Below are positions 18,372-27,315 of a DNA stretch of 64,000 bases, piece after piece (within the stretch, counting starts at the first letter, position 1; every line of letters starts with the position of its first letter). Location: positions 1,185-65,184 of the forward strand of contig JBPOJQ010000008.1 in assembly GCA_052033375.1 (NCBI GenBank), given 5' to 3'. Source of the stretch: Candidatus Magasanikiibacteriota bacterium (GTDB taxonomy: Bacteria > Patescibacteriota > Patescibacteriia > Magasanikbacterales > UBA922). A program made the translations under genes and the position numbers. The notes under the pieces are model-generated. The model searched no databases. It saw only the letters and a list, made by a program, of their open reading frames with translations, and was not told the DNA's origin.

Positions 18372-19769
18372 ATGAAAAAAGTAAAGAAAGTGTTTTATTT
18401 TTTGCTACTTATTTTTCTCATATCGATTTGCCTTCCCGCAGGCAATTCTTATGGTGCAGAAGAAAAAAAAGAAAAAATAGCGGTATTTTTTTCTCCAGCA
18501 AATCAGACGGTTATTGAAGGATCGACATTTGTCGTTTCAGTATTTGTAAACACCCGCCAACGAAGTATTAACGCGATGGATTTGACAATACTTTTTCCTC
18601 CAGACAAAGTCACGATTGTAAAGCCGTCGACAGGGACATCATTGATTCAGCTCTGGGCTGAACCACCCTCATATTCCAATACCAAAGGTGTGGCGCGTCT
18701 ATCTGGGGTTATTCCGAATGGTGTCACGACTCAGAGTGGATTGATCACCGCGATCACTTTTCAGGCAATTGCAACCGGGGATGTTACGATCAATATTCTT
18801 CCAACTTCAAAAATTCTCGCAAATGATGGTCTGGGGACTGAGTTGCCCGTAGAATTTGGGCGAGGTAGGTATACGATTAGTCCAAAACCTCCCGAAGGGA
18901 CCAGAATCTATTCGTCGACGCATCCATTTGAAAGTCAGTGGTACAATAACAAAAATGTAATTATAAATTGGGAAAAAGATCCTGATATTACTAGTTTTAG
19001 TTTTATCATGGATAATGAACCATTGACGATACCAGATAATATTCCGGAGACCGATGCGTCAGGGACACAGATGTATTACGAAGACTTGAATGATGGACTC
19101 CATTATTTTCATATCAAAGCAAGCAAAGGCGACGTATGGGGGACACCGAGTCATTTTTTAGTTCGAATTGATACAATCCCTCCTGCAGGATTTCGTCCAA
19201 AAATTGATTTATTGAGTGCGGGAAATCAGACCAGAGGTCTGGTGAATTTCCTCACCACAGATTCTCTTTCCGGAATCGATCATTATGAAGTCGCTGTAAT
19301 CAATAAGGCCGAGTCGGCAGATATTTCTCCTGTATTTGTGAGGTCTGAAAATCCGTATCAATTGTCGAACCCGCCGTCGGATAAATTGCTGATTATTGTG
19401 CGTGCGATAGATGGAGCAGGGAATATACGTGATGAGTCAATTGATGTAAAACTGCCATTTGTCGTTGCCTCATTCTTGGACAAATATCTGCTATTCATTA
19501 TTATTGGCGTGCTTTCTTTCATTCTGTTGTTTGTATTTATTCACTATTTCTTTGGGCATCATGTAGCAAGACGTGTTCGCCAGGTAGTACATCTCATGAA
19601 TCATGAAGAAGAATTGCAGAAAATAGAAAAAGTGATACACCCCGAAAATCAGCCGGTACAGCCACCTGCACCACAACAACCTGTAGTGCCACCTCCTCCT
19701 GTGAGACCACTCCCTCCGACCAATGGAAATCCACCGAACAGGGAATTACCACCAGATGAATTTACCTAA
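18372..19769 (+). CDS. Cohesin-domain surface protein with Ig-like domains, C-terminal TM and Pro-rich tail
   Basis: Signal peptide, INAMDLTILFP..LIQLW..ILANDGLGT, SSTHP, DTIPP, DSLSGIDHYEV. Confidence 0.8.
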   Translation: MKKVKKVFYFLLLIFLISICLPAGNSYGAEEKKEKIAVFFSPANQTVIEGSTFVVSVFVNTRQRSINAMDLTILFPPDKVTIVKPSTGTSLIQLWAEPPSYSNTKGVARLSGVIPNGVTTQSGLITAITFQAIATGDVTINILPTSKILANDGLGTELPVEFGRGRYTISPKPPEGTRIYSSTHPFESQWYNNKNVIINWEKDPDITSFSFIMDNEPLTIPDNIPETDASGTQMYYEDLNDGLHYFHIKASKGDVWGTPSHFLVRIDTIPPAGFRPKIDLLSAGNQTRGLVNFLTTDSLSGIDHYEVAVINKAESADISPVFVRSENPYQLSNPPSDKLLIIVRAIDGAGNIRDESIDVKLPFVVASFLDKYLLFIIIGVLSFILLFVFIHYFFGHHVARRVRQVVHLMNHEEELQKIEKVIHPENQPVQPPAPQQPVVPPPPVRPLPPTNGNPPNRELPPDEFT

Positions 19770-19793
19770 ATGATGGACGTATTTTTGAATGAG

Positions 19794-20480
19794 TTATATT
19801 TCATAAATCACGTCTTTTCGTTCTACGACAGTCTTCCAACCGCGTTGTTTTGCTTTTGCAAATAATTCTTGACTTGGGTTGAAAACAATTGGATGTTCTA
19901 CGAGATTGAGAAATGCTATGCCTCCATTAGTATCTCCAATACCGATAGATCCTTCGAGACTGAGGCCGTGCTCAGTACAGAAATTAGTCAGAGTCTGATC
20001 TTTGATTTCATATGAAGGGAATACGACATCCCCGGTGTAGACTCCATTTTCTGAGCCGTAGATCGTGCCATATGATGTATCAAACTTCCAGTTTTCAGTG
20101 AATGCATCGACAATTTCTCGAGGTGACCCAGAGATTGCAACGAGGAGATATTCTGAACGTAATCGCTCGATCATATCACGGGTGTATACATACACGTGCT
20201 CCATTTTTTCAGCAACAATAAATCTGCTGACTTTTTGTATATCTTCGACTACTTTTCCTTTCAATCGGTTTTGGTACGAAACAATTAATGATTTTTCAAA
20301 GTCGCGATAATGTCCACGGCGGTTGATCCAGTCATCATGATATTCTTCAATTTCTTTCAATACAATTGCCGGGAATATGCCATACTCTACCAATCCTTTG
20401 AACAATTCAAAATGTAAGTTTGATCGAAAAATGGTTCCATCGATATCAAACACGGCAATCTTTTTTTTCATGGTATCCAT
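19794..20480 (-). CDS. HAD-IB family hydrolase (SerB-like)
   Basis: FDIDGT, ISGS, K, GDTNG, FNP. Confidence 0.85.
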   Translation of the reverse strand: MDTMKKKIAVFDIDGTIFRSNLHFELFKGLVEYGIFPAIVLKEIEEYHDDWINRRGHYRDFEKSLIVSYQNRLKGKVVEDIQKVSRFIVAEKMEHVYVYTRDMIERLRSEYLLVAISGSPREIVDAFTENWKFDTSYGTIYGSENGVYTGDVVFPSYEIKDQTLTNFCTEHGLSLEGSIGIGDTNGGIAFLNLVEHPIVFNPSQELFAKAKQRGWKTVVERKDVIYEI

Positions 20481-20644
20481 ACGTATATATAGGTATTACA
20501 TATTAAGTGAAGATGCTACAGTATAGCTCATCGTAGGGGTATAGGCAAGTGTAGTGTACGCGTACAACTATTCGATAATTGGGGGGGACACACTGTCGAG
20601 GCGTGGTGCCAGCGACAGTGTGTCTATGGGTACGTCATCGCGGA

Positions 20645-20971
20645 TCAGGCGTCGAGGTAGTGACCTCGGTGCGACTTCGGTTGACCACAGCGGATCTCAC
20701 CCTGCTTGGTCTCGATGTCGTATGTGCCTGTACACGGACGCTTATCGTCCGCGTGACCTCTGATCTCCCACCGCGTGCTACCTCCTTCTTCGCTCCACTT
20801 GAGACTGCCCACCCTCAGGTGAAGAGTGATCAGGTGACCCTGGTCGTCTTCACCGTAGAACGGTACAGTGTCTCCGAAGAACGAACGCGCATTCAGATAC
20901 GCGTGGGCGATGCACGGGCCGGACGGATTTCGAGGGTCACCCGTAATGCGTACAATCAGCTCTTTGGCCAT
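20645..20971 (-). CDS. GC-rich orphan protein (108 aa)
   Basis: AAGGAG SD before ATG 20971 in the 20645..21343 frame; G/C-ending codons. Confidence 0.55.
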   Translation of the reverse strand: MAKELIVRITGDPRNPSGPCIAHAYLNARSFFGDTVPFYGEDDQGHLITLHLRVGSLKWSEEGGSTRWEIRGHADDKRPCTGTYDIETKQGEIRCGQPKSHRGHYLDA

Positions 20972-21103
20972 GCGGCCACTCTCTCCTTGGACGGCATTAT
21001 TGAAAGTCACCTGTTTCCTAAGTATGCCGTAAAACCTAGGGGGTAGTAGCGTAGCATGTTTGGTGATATGAGAAAATATGCCTGTGTGTATAAAAATAGA
21101 ATA

Positions 21104-21129
21104 TGTTACTTTTTGTCTCGGTTGCCGTA
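21104..21129 (+). promoter_or_regulatory. Candidate ECF promoter B, copy 1
   Basis: TGTTAC-N16-CGTA; repeated at 21790-21815. Confidence 0.5.
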
Positions 21130-21157
21130 TACTATATACAGATTTTAATTTTATAGT

Positions 21158-21733
21158 ATGGCTATGGGTTTTTTTGAAGATAAGCTGGTACTGGCGCAAA
21201 AAGGTGACCGTGCTGCTTTTGGCGAAGTCTACGATGGATTTGTAAAGAAACTGTATGACTATGCTTTTTTTCGGGTAAAAAACAAACAATCTGCCGAAGA
21301 TATTGTCGCAGACACATTCATGAAAGCACTTGAGCATGTGCACTCATTTGATCCGAACAAAGGTTCTGTCGCTTCATGGCTGTACCGAATAGCGAGAAAC
21401 ACGTTGGTGGATCACTATCGAATAGGCAAGAAAACAACTGGATTTCCCGAAGATTTTGATGTGGTAGATACAACGGATTTGAAAACACATATAGAAAATA
21501 AAGACATGCTCAAAAAAGTGGAAATTGCATTGAAAAAATTATCAGAGCGCGAACGTGAAATTATTACACTGCGTGTATGGGACGAACTTTCGTACAAAGA
21601 AATTGCTGAGGTGCTGGGAAAAAGTGAAGCCAGTCTGAAAATGGCTGCCTCCCGAGCTTTGAAGTCGCTTCGAAAAGAGTTACCGTTGGGGGTATATCTA
21701 GGGATTCTCTTAGTGATGAGTAATAAGTTATAA
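21158..21733 (+). CDS. ECF sigma factor
   Basis: AEDIVADTFMKA, ASWLYRIARN, LSYKEIAEVLGKSE..SRAL. Confidence 0.9.
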   Translation: MAMGFFEDKLVLAQKGDRAAFGEVYDGFVKKLYDYAFFRVKNKQSAEDIVADTFMKALEHVHSFDPNKGSVASWLYRIARNTLVDHYRIGKKTTGFPEDFDVVDTTDLKTHIENKDMLKKVEIALKKLSEREREIITLRVWDELSYKEIAEVLGKSEASLKMAASRALKSLRKELPLGVYLGILLVMSNKL

Positions 21734-21815
21734 GTAATAAGTAATAAGTGGCAAGTGAATACAATTTATTTTCTAACTTACAACTTATTTGTTACTGCCT
21801 ACTACTGATTACGTA
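21721..21815. repeat. Heptamer simple repeats (taataag/taagt then complementary cttac/cttat)
   Basis: taataagttataagtaataagtaataag...aacttacaacttatttgttac. Confidence 0.6.
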
Positions 21816-21865
21816 GTACAAGTGTAAGGATATCCAATGTATTAATATAATGTACTAATCATAAT

Positions 21866-23392
21866 ATGGAAAAAAATATTCAATTCATTCTTGATGAGCT
21901 CTACCAGATTGATCCAGAGTTGAAAAATCATCAAGTAGAAATCGCACAAATAGTTGATACTATGATGAAAAACAAGCCACACACGCAATTCGATGAGAAT
22001 TTTGCCCGTGAACTGAAAACAAAAGTACTTGAAAAGTTTTCTCACGGGATTACGACAGAAAAAAAGCCGTTCTCATTTTTTAGATCAAAATTTGTCTATA
22101 CACTCAGTGGTGCGCTCGCAACACTTGCGATTGCACTGCCGATTGTGTATGTGACGTCAGGAAACATCTCGAATCAATGGGTAAAAAATAGTTTTACAGG
22201 TGGAACACAGGTCGTACGAGCTGAGGCAAATGCATTTGGTCCATTATCACCAGTGACAGCGAATGTGAATACTGCTGAAAGTGCGACTGATGTAGCGGCT
22301 CCGATGACAGCTGGTATGGGGGGTGATGCAGCTAAGATCAGCGGCACGTCTCTCTTGTATAATCCAGAATATATTAATTATCATTTTGTATTTAATGGAG
22401 AATTGCCCGAAGTGGGTGATAGTATCGAGGTATTGAAACGTGAATCAGGAATTGATGCTGCGAAACAATATGCAGGAATACTACAAAAAATAAAATTAGG
22501 TATTTTTGATCTGGGAAAAGTACAACAGGCACGAGTACAAAACTTTTCTCTTGCTGAAGACCGAGAACAGGGTTATATAATAAATGTGGATATGATTGGA
22601 GGAACAGTATCGATTTCAGAAAATTACTCTGCATGGGCGTGGCGTTCAGCGCGACCATTCATCGAATGTAGTGCCGATTCTTGTGTTGATCCGAATAGAA
22701 TTACGATTGATGAAGTGCCTGAAGATGCCGAATTATTGAAAGTTGCTGATGAATTTTTGAAAGAATATGGGATAGACATGAGCTCGTATGGCACGGGGAA
22801 GGTAGATACTCGTTGGAGAATTGGATATGAACGTGCAGAAGATAAGGATGCATTCTATATCTCAAATATACAGACTATCATATACCAGCTGATGATTGAC
22901 GACATGCCTGTCTATGAAGAATATGGTGAGCCGATGGGTATCCGAGTGAATGTCAATGCGACTGAGATGAGAGTAACCAATGTCGATGGAATTATGACAA
23001 AGAAATTTAGCGCATCTTCCTATGTCGGAGAGACTAATGATGCACGCCTTCGTGCGCTGATTGAAAAGGGGAGAATGGTCGCATATGATCAGCCTACTAA
23101 GACAGTAGAAGCAGAGTTAGAAAATGCAAAAAAAGGATATATGCGCCGGTGGCAATACAATGAGAGTAACGGAATTTCAAGTGAAATATTTGTTCCTGCA
23201 ATTGTGGTCGAGGTAAAAGATTTTGAACGATTGCAGGGCGAGGGACTGTGGCAGAGTAATATCGTCATTCCGCTTGCAAGTGAAATGTTGACCGAGCTTG
23301 AAAAGCAAGCAGAAGAACCTATACATATCATGCCATTTGATGCGACACTGAAAGACGCGGTGAGTGAGCCTGCGGTAGAGCCACGAGGCTAA
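21866..23392 (+). CDS. Single-TM protein with large extracytoplasmic domain, probable anti-sigma factor
   Basis: Follows the ECF gene; N-terminal ILDELYQIDPEL..FARELK, one TM. Confidence 0.6.
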   Translation: MEKNIQFILDELYQIDPELKNHQVEIAQIVDTMMKNKPHTQFDENFARELKTKVLEKFSHGITTEKKPFSFFRSKFVYTLSGALATLAIALPIVYVTSGNISNQWVKNSFTGGTQVVRAEANAFGPLSPVTANVNTAESATDVAAPMTAGMGGDAAKISGTSLLYNPEYINYHFVFNGELPEVGDSIEVLKRESGIDAAKQYAGILQKIKLGIFDLGKVQQARVQNFSLAEDREQGYIINVDMIGGTVSISENYSAWAWRSARPFIECSADSCVDPNRITIDEVPEDAELLKVADEFLKEYGIDMSSYGTGKVDTRWRIGYERAEDKDAFYISNIQTIIYQLMIDDMPVYEEYGEPMGIRVNVNATEMRVTNVDGIMTKKFSASSYVGETNDARLRALIEKGRMVAYDQPTKTVEAELENAKKGYMRRWQYNESNGISSEIFVPAIVVEVKDFERLQGEGLWQSNIVIPLASEMLTELEKQAEEPIHIMPFDATLKDAVSEPAVEPRG

Positions 23393-23430
23393 GAATAAAA
23401 ACATCCCGGTTTAAGTCGGGATGTTTTGTT
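23307..23430 (+). repeat. Direct repeat copy 1 (124 bp; gene 3' end plus terminator)
   Basis: Matches 24351-24473 except one substitution and one indel. Confidence 0.95.
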
Positions 23431-23434
23431 TTTT

Positions 23435-24079
23435 TTATTCGGTAATTACACATGTTCCATTATTGTAGGCTTCGGTTAGTGGGTCATTTAGTTGATCTTC
23501 ACCATCTAAGGTTACGTTGCTTGAGCCGCTACTGCTCCCTTTAAATGTTGAAGTCACATTTTCGTTCTCAATATCAACTGTACCTTCAGCTTCAAACCCT
23601 ATGCCCGCTTCAATAGTAATTTCTTCTGCAGATAGTAATTTTTTATAATATTCAGCAATCACAACTCGAGTATTTTGATCATAGTTACATACCGCATGTT
23701 CATTGTATTTACTATTAGTTTCTTCTATCGTTTTACATTTGCCATTCACCATACCGACTATTTCTTTTTGGAATTTATACTCGGGGTTTAATAAAAATGG
23801 GTGTAAACATGTATACGGTGTGCAACTTTTTAATTTATCAGGAAATAAGTCGCAGTTAGAAGCTATGTTAGATTTAGGAGATACTTGTAGAGGTATTTCA
23901 GTTTTTTTAGTAGTTTCGGTACTGGTGGATAATAATGTTGAGGTAACATGCAAAGTTGTAGTAGTATTTTGCTGAATTTCAACTGGTGCCTGTTTTTTCG
24001 GTTCTTCAGTTCTGGTATTCGTGTTGCATGATGCACCTAGTAACAAAAAACATGTGCTAATTAAAATTTTTTTGTACAT
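23435..24079 (-). CDS. AT-rich Cys-containing lipoprotein
   Basis: Lipobox LLLGASC, Thr-rich linker, several Cys. Confidence 0.75.
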   Translation of the reverse strand: MYKKILISTCFLLLGASCNTNTRTEEPKKQAPVEIQQNTTTTLHVTSTLLSTSTETTKKTEIPLQVSPKSNIASNCDLFPDKLKSCTPYTCLHPFLLNPEYKFQKEIVGMVNGKCKTIEETNSKYNEHAVCNYDQNTRVVIAEYYKKLLSAEEITIEAGIGFEAEGTVDIENENVTSTFKGSSSGSSNVTLDGEDQLNDPLTEAYNNGTCVITE

Positions 24080-24199
24080 ATATATTATACAAGAATATTT
24101 AGTAATTTCATTTACAAGTTGATACTACTCTTCGATATATGACACTGTCAAGTTAAACACATTGTGCATTTTCAAGTTTTAGTTTATCCTAGGTGTTAT

Positions 24200-24436
24200 A
24201 TGCACCCAAATTTTTGGAAATATTTTGCGATTATCAGCGTTTCAGCTTGTATCCTTGTTATTGTTACATGGCTACTCTGGCCTTCTGGTTCGACTGGGTC
24301 AGAAACCAAAAATGAATTACGAACCGAAGAAATGGTTGAAGAAATTTTAAAAGCAGAAGAACCCATACATATCATGCCATTTGATGCGACACTGAAAGAC
24401 GCGGTGAGTGAGCCTGCGGTAGAGCCACGAGGCTAA
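24200..24436 (+). pseudogene. Chimeric ORF: diverged capA 5' end fused in frame to the duplicated 3' end of 21866..23392
   Basis: MHPNFWKYFAI..WLLWPS (cf. 25088) plus AEEPIHIMPFDATLKDAVSEPAVEPRG. Confidence 0.75.
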
Positions 24437-24473
24437 GAATAAAAACATCCCGGTTTAGTCGGGATGTTTTGTT
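24351..24473 (+). repeat. Direct repeat copy 2 (123 bp)
   Basis: See 23307-23430. Confidence 0.95.
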
Positions 24474-24541
24474 ATGTGAAATGTAGGGGCCGTCATGCGC
24501 GATATGGAAGTATATGCACGCATGACGGGAATTCAGCGGAC

Positions 24542-25024
24542 TCAGAGGAGTTCGAGAATCTTGGCGAACAGCGCCCGGAGATCGAACACGCCTTTGTCAT
24601 TGGTCATCGCGATCTCTGTCAAGCACTGGGTCGGCAGATCATGTGACCGACTGAATGCCGGGGTGTGGTTGTAGACGCCGGCGAAGGTGCGTGGAGGGTT
24701 CTCTTCGTCGAATTTCCGAGACATCATCGTCATACCCCCACCTCCACTCGTTTCCTGGATCAGGATGAAGGCGCAGGTCGAATCGAGCGGGATCATGCCG
24801 AGCACACGAAACGTCTGGTGAGTGTAGTCGCACACACGCCCGTCGTCATAGACGAAGCGTACAGTGAAGATCGGGTGAGTTCCACCTGTGTGCATGGAGT
24901 AGTACAGACTGGTGACGAGTTCGTCCCAGCCAGACCCTGTATTGATGATGAGTGTGAGCACGCGTTGCTCCTGTATGGCTTGTTGTGTCATTCGATTGGA
25001 GCACATGAGAGAATAGCACTCCAT
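24542..25024 (-). CDS. GC-rich orphan protein
   Basis: G/C-ending codons on the minus strand, GGAG near the start, TTTACA-N16-TAGTCT upstream; start uncertain. Confidence 0.5.
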   Translation of the reverse strand: MECYSLMCSNRMTQQAIQEQRVLTLIINTGSGWDELVTSLYYSMHTGGTHPIFTVRFVYDDGRVCDYTHQTFRVLGMIPLDSTCAFILIQETSGGGGMTMMSRKFDEENPPRTFAGVYNHTPAFSRSHDLPTQCLTEIAMTNDKGVFDLRALFAKILELL

Positions 25025-25087
25025 TAGGAAAAGACTACCACACTTAGTGATTTTGTAAAGAAGATGAGTGTGTTATACTAAAATTCT

Positions 25088-26239
25088 ATGCATCCAAACT
25101 TTTGGAAATACTTCGCGATTTTAAGCGTTTCACTCACCGGCGTAGCGGTTATTATTGTTTGGTTGTTTTGGCCATCCAGCCCATCAGATTCTAGTAACAG
25201 CAGTCCACGTGTCAGTAAGACGACTATTGAAGAAAATAATGGCGATGTCGTGCCGATAGTCCCAGAAAAAGATAGATTGAAGATATTCGCAGCAGGGGAC
25301 ATCATGCTCGATCGCACCATGCTCCTCTTGGCACAAAAACATAACGATTTCGGATATTCATTTCGAATGATTTCCTCTACATTACGGCAAGCTGATCTTC
25401 GTGTAGTGAATCTCGAAGGACCTATAACCACAAATAAATCTATTTCAAATGGCGAAGGGGGTGCCCGATTTAGTTTTACGTTTTCACCAAAAGTCACCTC
25501 AACACTCAAAGAAAATTTTGACGTCGTGAGCCTTGCGAATAATCACACCACAAATTTCGGATTCGAAGGTCTAGAACAAACCAAAAAGTTTCTTGACGAA
25601 GCAGGAATAGAGTGGTTTGGTGATCCGAATAATCGAGCAGGGCAACAACTTTCGGTAATCGTGGAAAAAAATGGATTCAAGATTGGATTTGTGGGGCATC
25701 ATCAATTGATTGAAAGTGGATTTGAAAATGTGCTAGCAGAAGTGCAAAAAATTCGTCCCGAGGTAGATATCATTATTGCTTATCCGCATTGGGGAGTCGA
25801 GTATGTGACGACCACCCCCTCACTGCTCCAAGAAAAAGAAGCTCATGCATTGATAGATGCAGGAGTCGATATGGTCATTGGTGCACATCCGCATGTGATT
25901 CAGCCTGTGGAATTATATAAAGACCGGATAATTTTTTATAGCCTAGGAAATTTTGTGTTCGATCAATATTTTTCACTTGAAACCATGCAAGGATTGTTAC
26001 TTTCATTAGAATTAGAAAAAGATACTGAAAATATTGATACAAGAATTACTTTAATTCCTGTACATATCAGCAAAGAAAGTCAGCCCGCGGTGGCGGGAGC
26101 TGTTGAGAGGGAAGATATACTGTCATTAGTAGGGAGAGTGTCGATCGGGGATGAGGTATTCAGAGAATCGGTCAAAAATGGTGTCTTATCTGTGACTATA
26201 CCACATCAGAAAACAGAGACGATTATTCCTATGAAATAA
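25088..26239 (+). CDS. CapA family (poly-gamma-glutamate synthesis) metallophosphoesterase
   Basis: AGDIMLDR, VNLEGP, SLANNH, PHWGVEY, GAHPHVIQ, YSLGNFVFDQ. Confidence 0.92.
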   Translation: MHPNFWKYFAILSVSLTGVAVIIVWLFWPSSPSDSSNSSPRVSKTTIEENNGDVVPIVPEKDRLKIFAAGDIMLDRTMLLLAQKHNDFGYSFRMISSTLRQADLRVVNLEGPITTNKSISNGEGGARFSFTFSPKVTSTLKENFDVVSLANNHTTNFGFEGLEQTKKFLDEAGIEWFGDPNNRAGQQLSVIVEKNGFKIGFVGHHQLIESGFENVLAEVQKIRPEVDIIIAYPHWGVEYVTTTPSLLQEKEAHALIDAGVDMVIGAHPHVIQPVELYKDRIIFYSLGNFVFDQYFSLETMQGLLLSLELEKDTENIDTRITLIPVHISKESQPAVAGAVEREDILSLVGRVSIGDEVFRESVKNGVLSVTIPHQKTETIIPMK

Positions 26240-26305
26240 TATTGACACCTGAGAGGTAGTATCAGTATACTACTCAAATAATTTATTTTTTTATCATATA
26301 CCTAT

Positions 26306-26722
26306 ATGTACAGATTGAGTATTTTCGTCGGCGCGCTTCTCCTCCTCGGTGCAGGATGTTCGTCATATGTAGAGACAGACACACGCCCTGAATCTACCAC
26401 ATCGTATAGTGAGACAAAAGAAATCGCCCCAACAGAGGTGAATAGTACTGATACTAAAACACCTACTGATGCATCGACTGGTACTACCACCTTTACACTT
26501 GCAGATGTCGCAAAACATAATACAAAAGATGATTGCTATACTACAGTGCGTGGGTCGGTGTATGAAGTGACTTCCTGGATTTCGAAACATCCTGGAGGTG
26601 AGAAAGCCATAGTGTCTCTCTGTGGAAAAGATGGTACTGCAGTATTTGAAGGAAAGCATGGAGGACAGCCACGACCTGAGAATGAACTTAGTTCATTCAA
26701 GATAGGTACATTAGTGCAGTAA
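26306..26722 (+). CDS. Lipoprotein with cytochrome b5-like heme/steroid-binding domain
   Basis: Lipobox LLGAGC; VAKHNT..DC..VYEVTSWI..HPGG..CGKDGT..F..H. Confidence 0.85.
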   Translation: MYRLSIFVGALLLLGAGCSSYVETDTRPESTTSYSETKEIAPTEVNSTDTKTPTDASTGTTTFTLADVAKHNTKDDCYTTVRGSVYEVTSWISKHPGGEKAIVSLCGKDGTAVFEGKHGGQPRPENELSSFKIGTLVQ

Positions 26723-26819
26723 GATTATATCGTAATAAAAGAAAAACACCGACAAATCGGTGCTTTTCTTTTGTACCCGCTAATGCTAGAATGAGCATAT
26801 TCAATTTTAAAATAATTCT

Positions 26820-27230
26820 ATGAGCTTTATCCAGGATTTCAAAAAATTTGCCATGCGAGGAAATATGATCGATATGGCTGTCGGTATTATTATTGGGGGT
26901 GCGTTTGGAAAAATTGTATCTTCGCTCGTGAATGATGTGATTATGCCTCCGCTCGGGTATATAATTGGCGGAGTAGATTTCAAGAATCTGAAAGTTGTAT
27001 TAAAACCAGAAGAAATTAATGCAGTGGGTGAGGTGGTGACACAAGCAGTGTCTTTCAATTACGGCATGTTTATTCAAAACGTGATTGATTTTTTGATTAT
27101 TGCCCTTGCGGTATTTATGATGGTAAAGATTGCAAATAAAATGGCAAAGAAAAAAGAACCAGAACCAGCGACTCCACCAAAACAAGAAATGCTACTAGAA
27201 GAAATTAGAGATCTATTGAAGAAACAGTAA
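26820..27230 (+). CDS. mscL: Large-conductance mechanosensitive channel
   Basis: [41 protein letters not shown]. Confidence 0.97.
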   Translation: MSFIQDFKKFAMRGNMIDMAVGIIIGGAFGKIVSSLVNDVIMPPLGYIIGGVDFKNLKVVLKPEEINAVGEVVTQAVSFNYGMFIQNVIDFLIIALAVFMMVKIANKMAKKKEPEPATPPKQEMLLEEIRDLLKKQ

Positions 27231-27315
27231 ATTTTCTAAATTAGCTGAGTTAAATTAGCAATTTTAGCATCTCAAGCCTTTTGAGCATCCTAAGCTTCTC
27301 TAGCCTGTATTAACT

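Noticed and set aside
20579-21343. Plus-strand 155-aa ORF and the full 232-aa minus ORF
   Set aside because: The upstream half is antisense to the ECF gene; the SD supports a start at 20971 on the minus strand
21721-21815. Possible CRISPR array
   Set aside because: 7-nt simple repeats without spacers; no array or cas gene seen anywhere in the window
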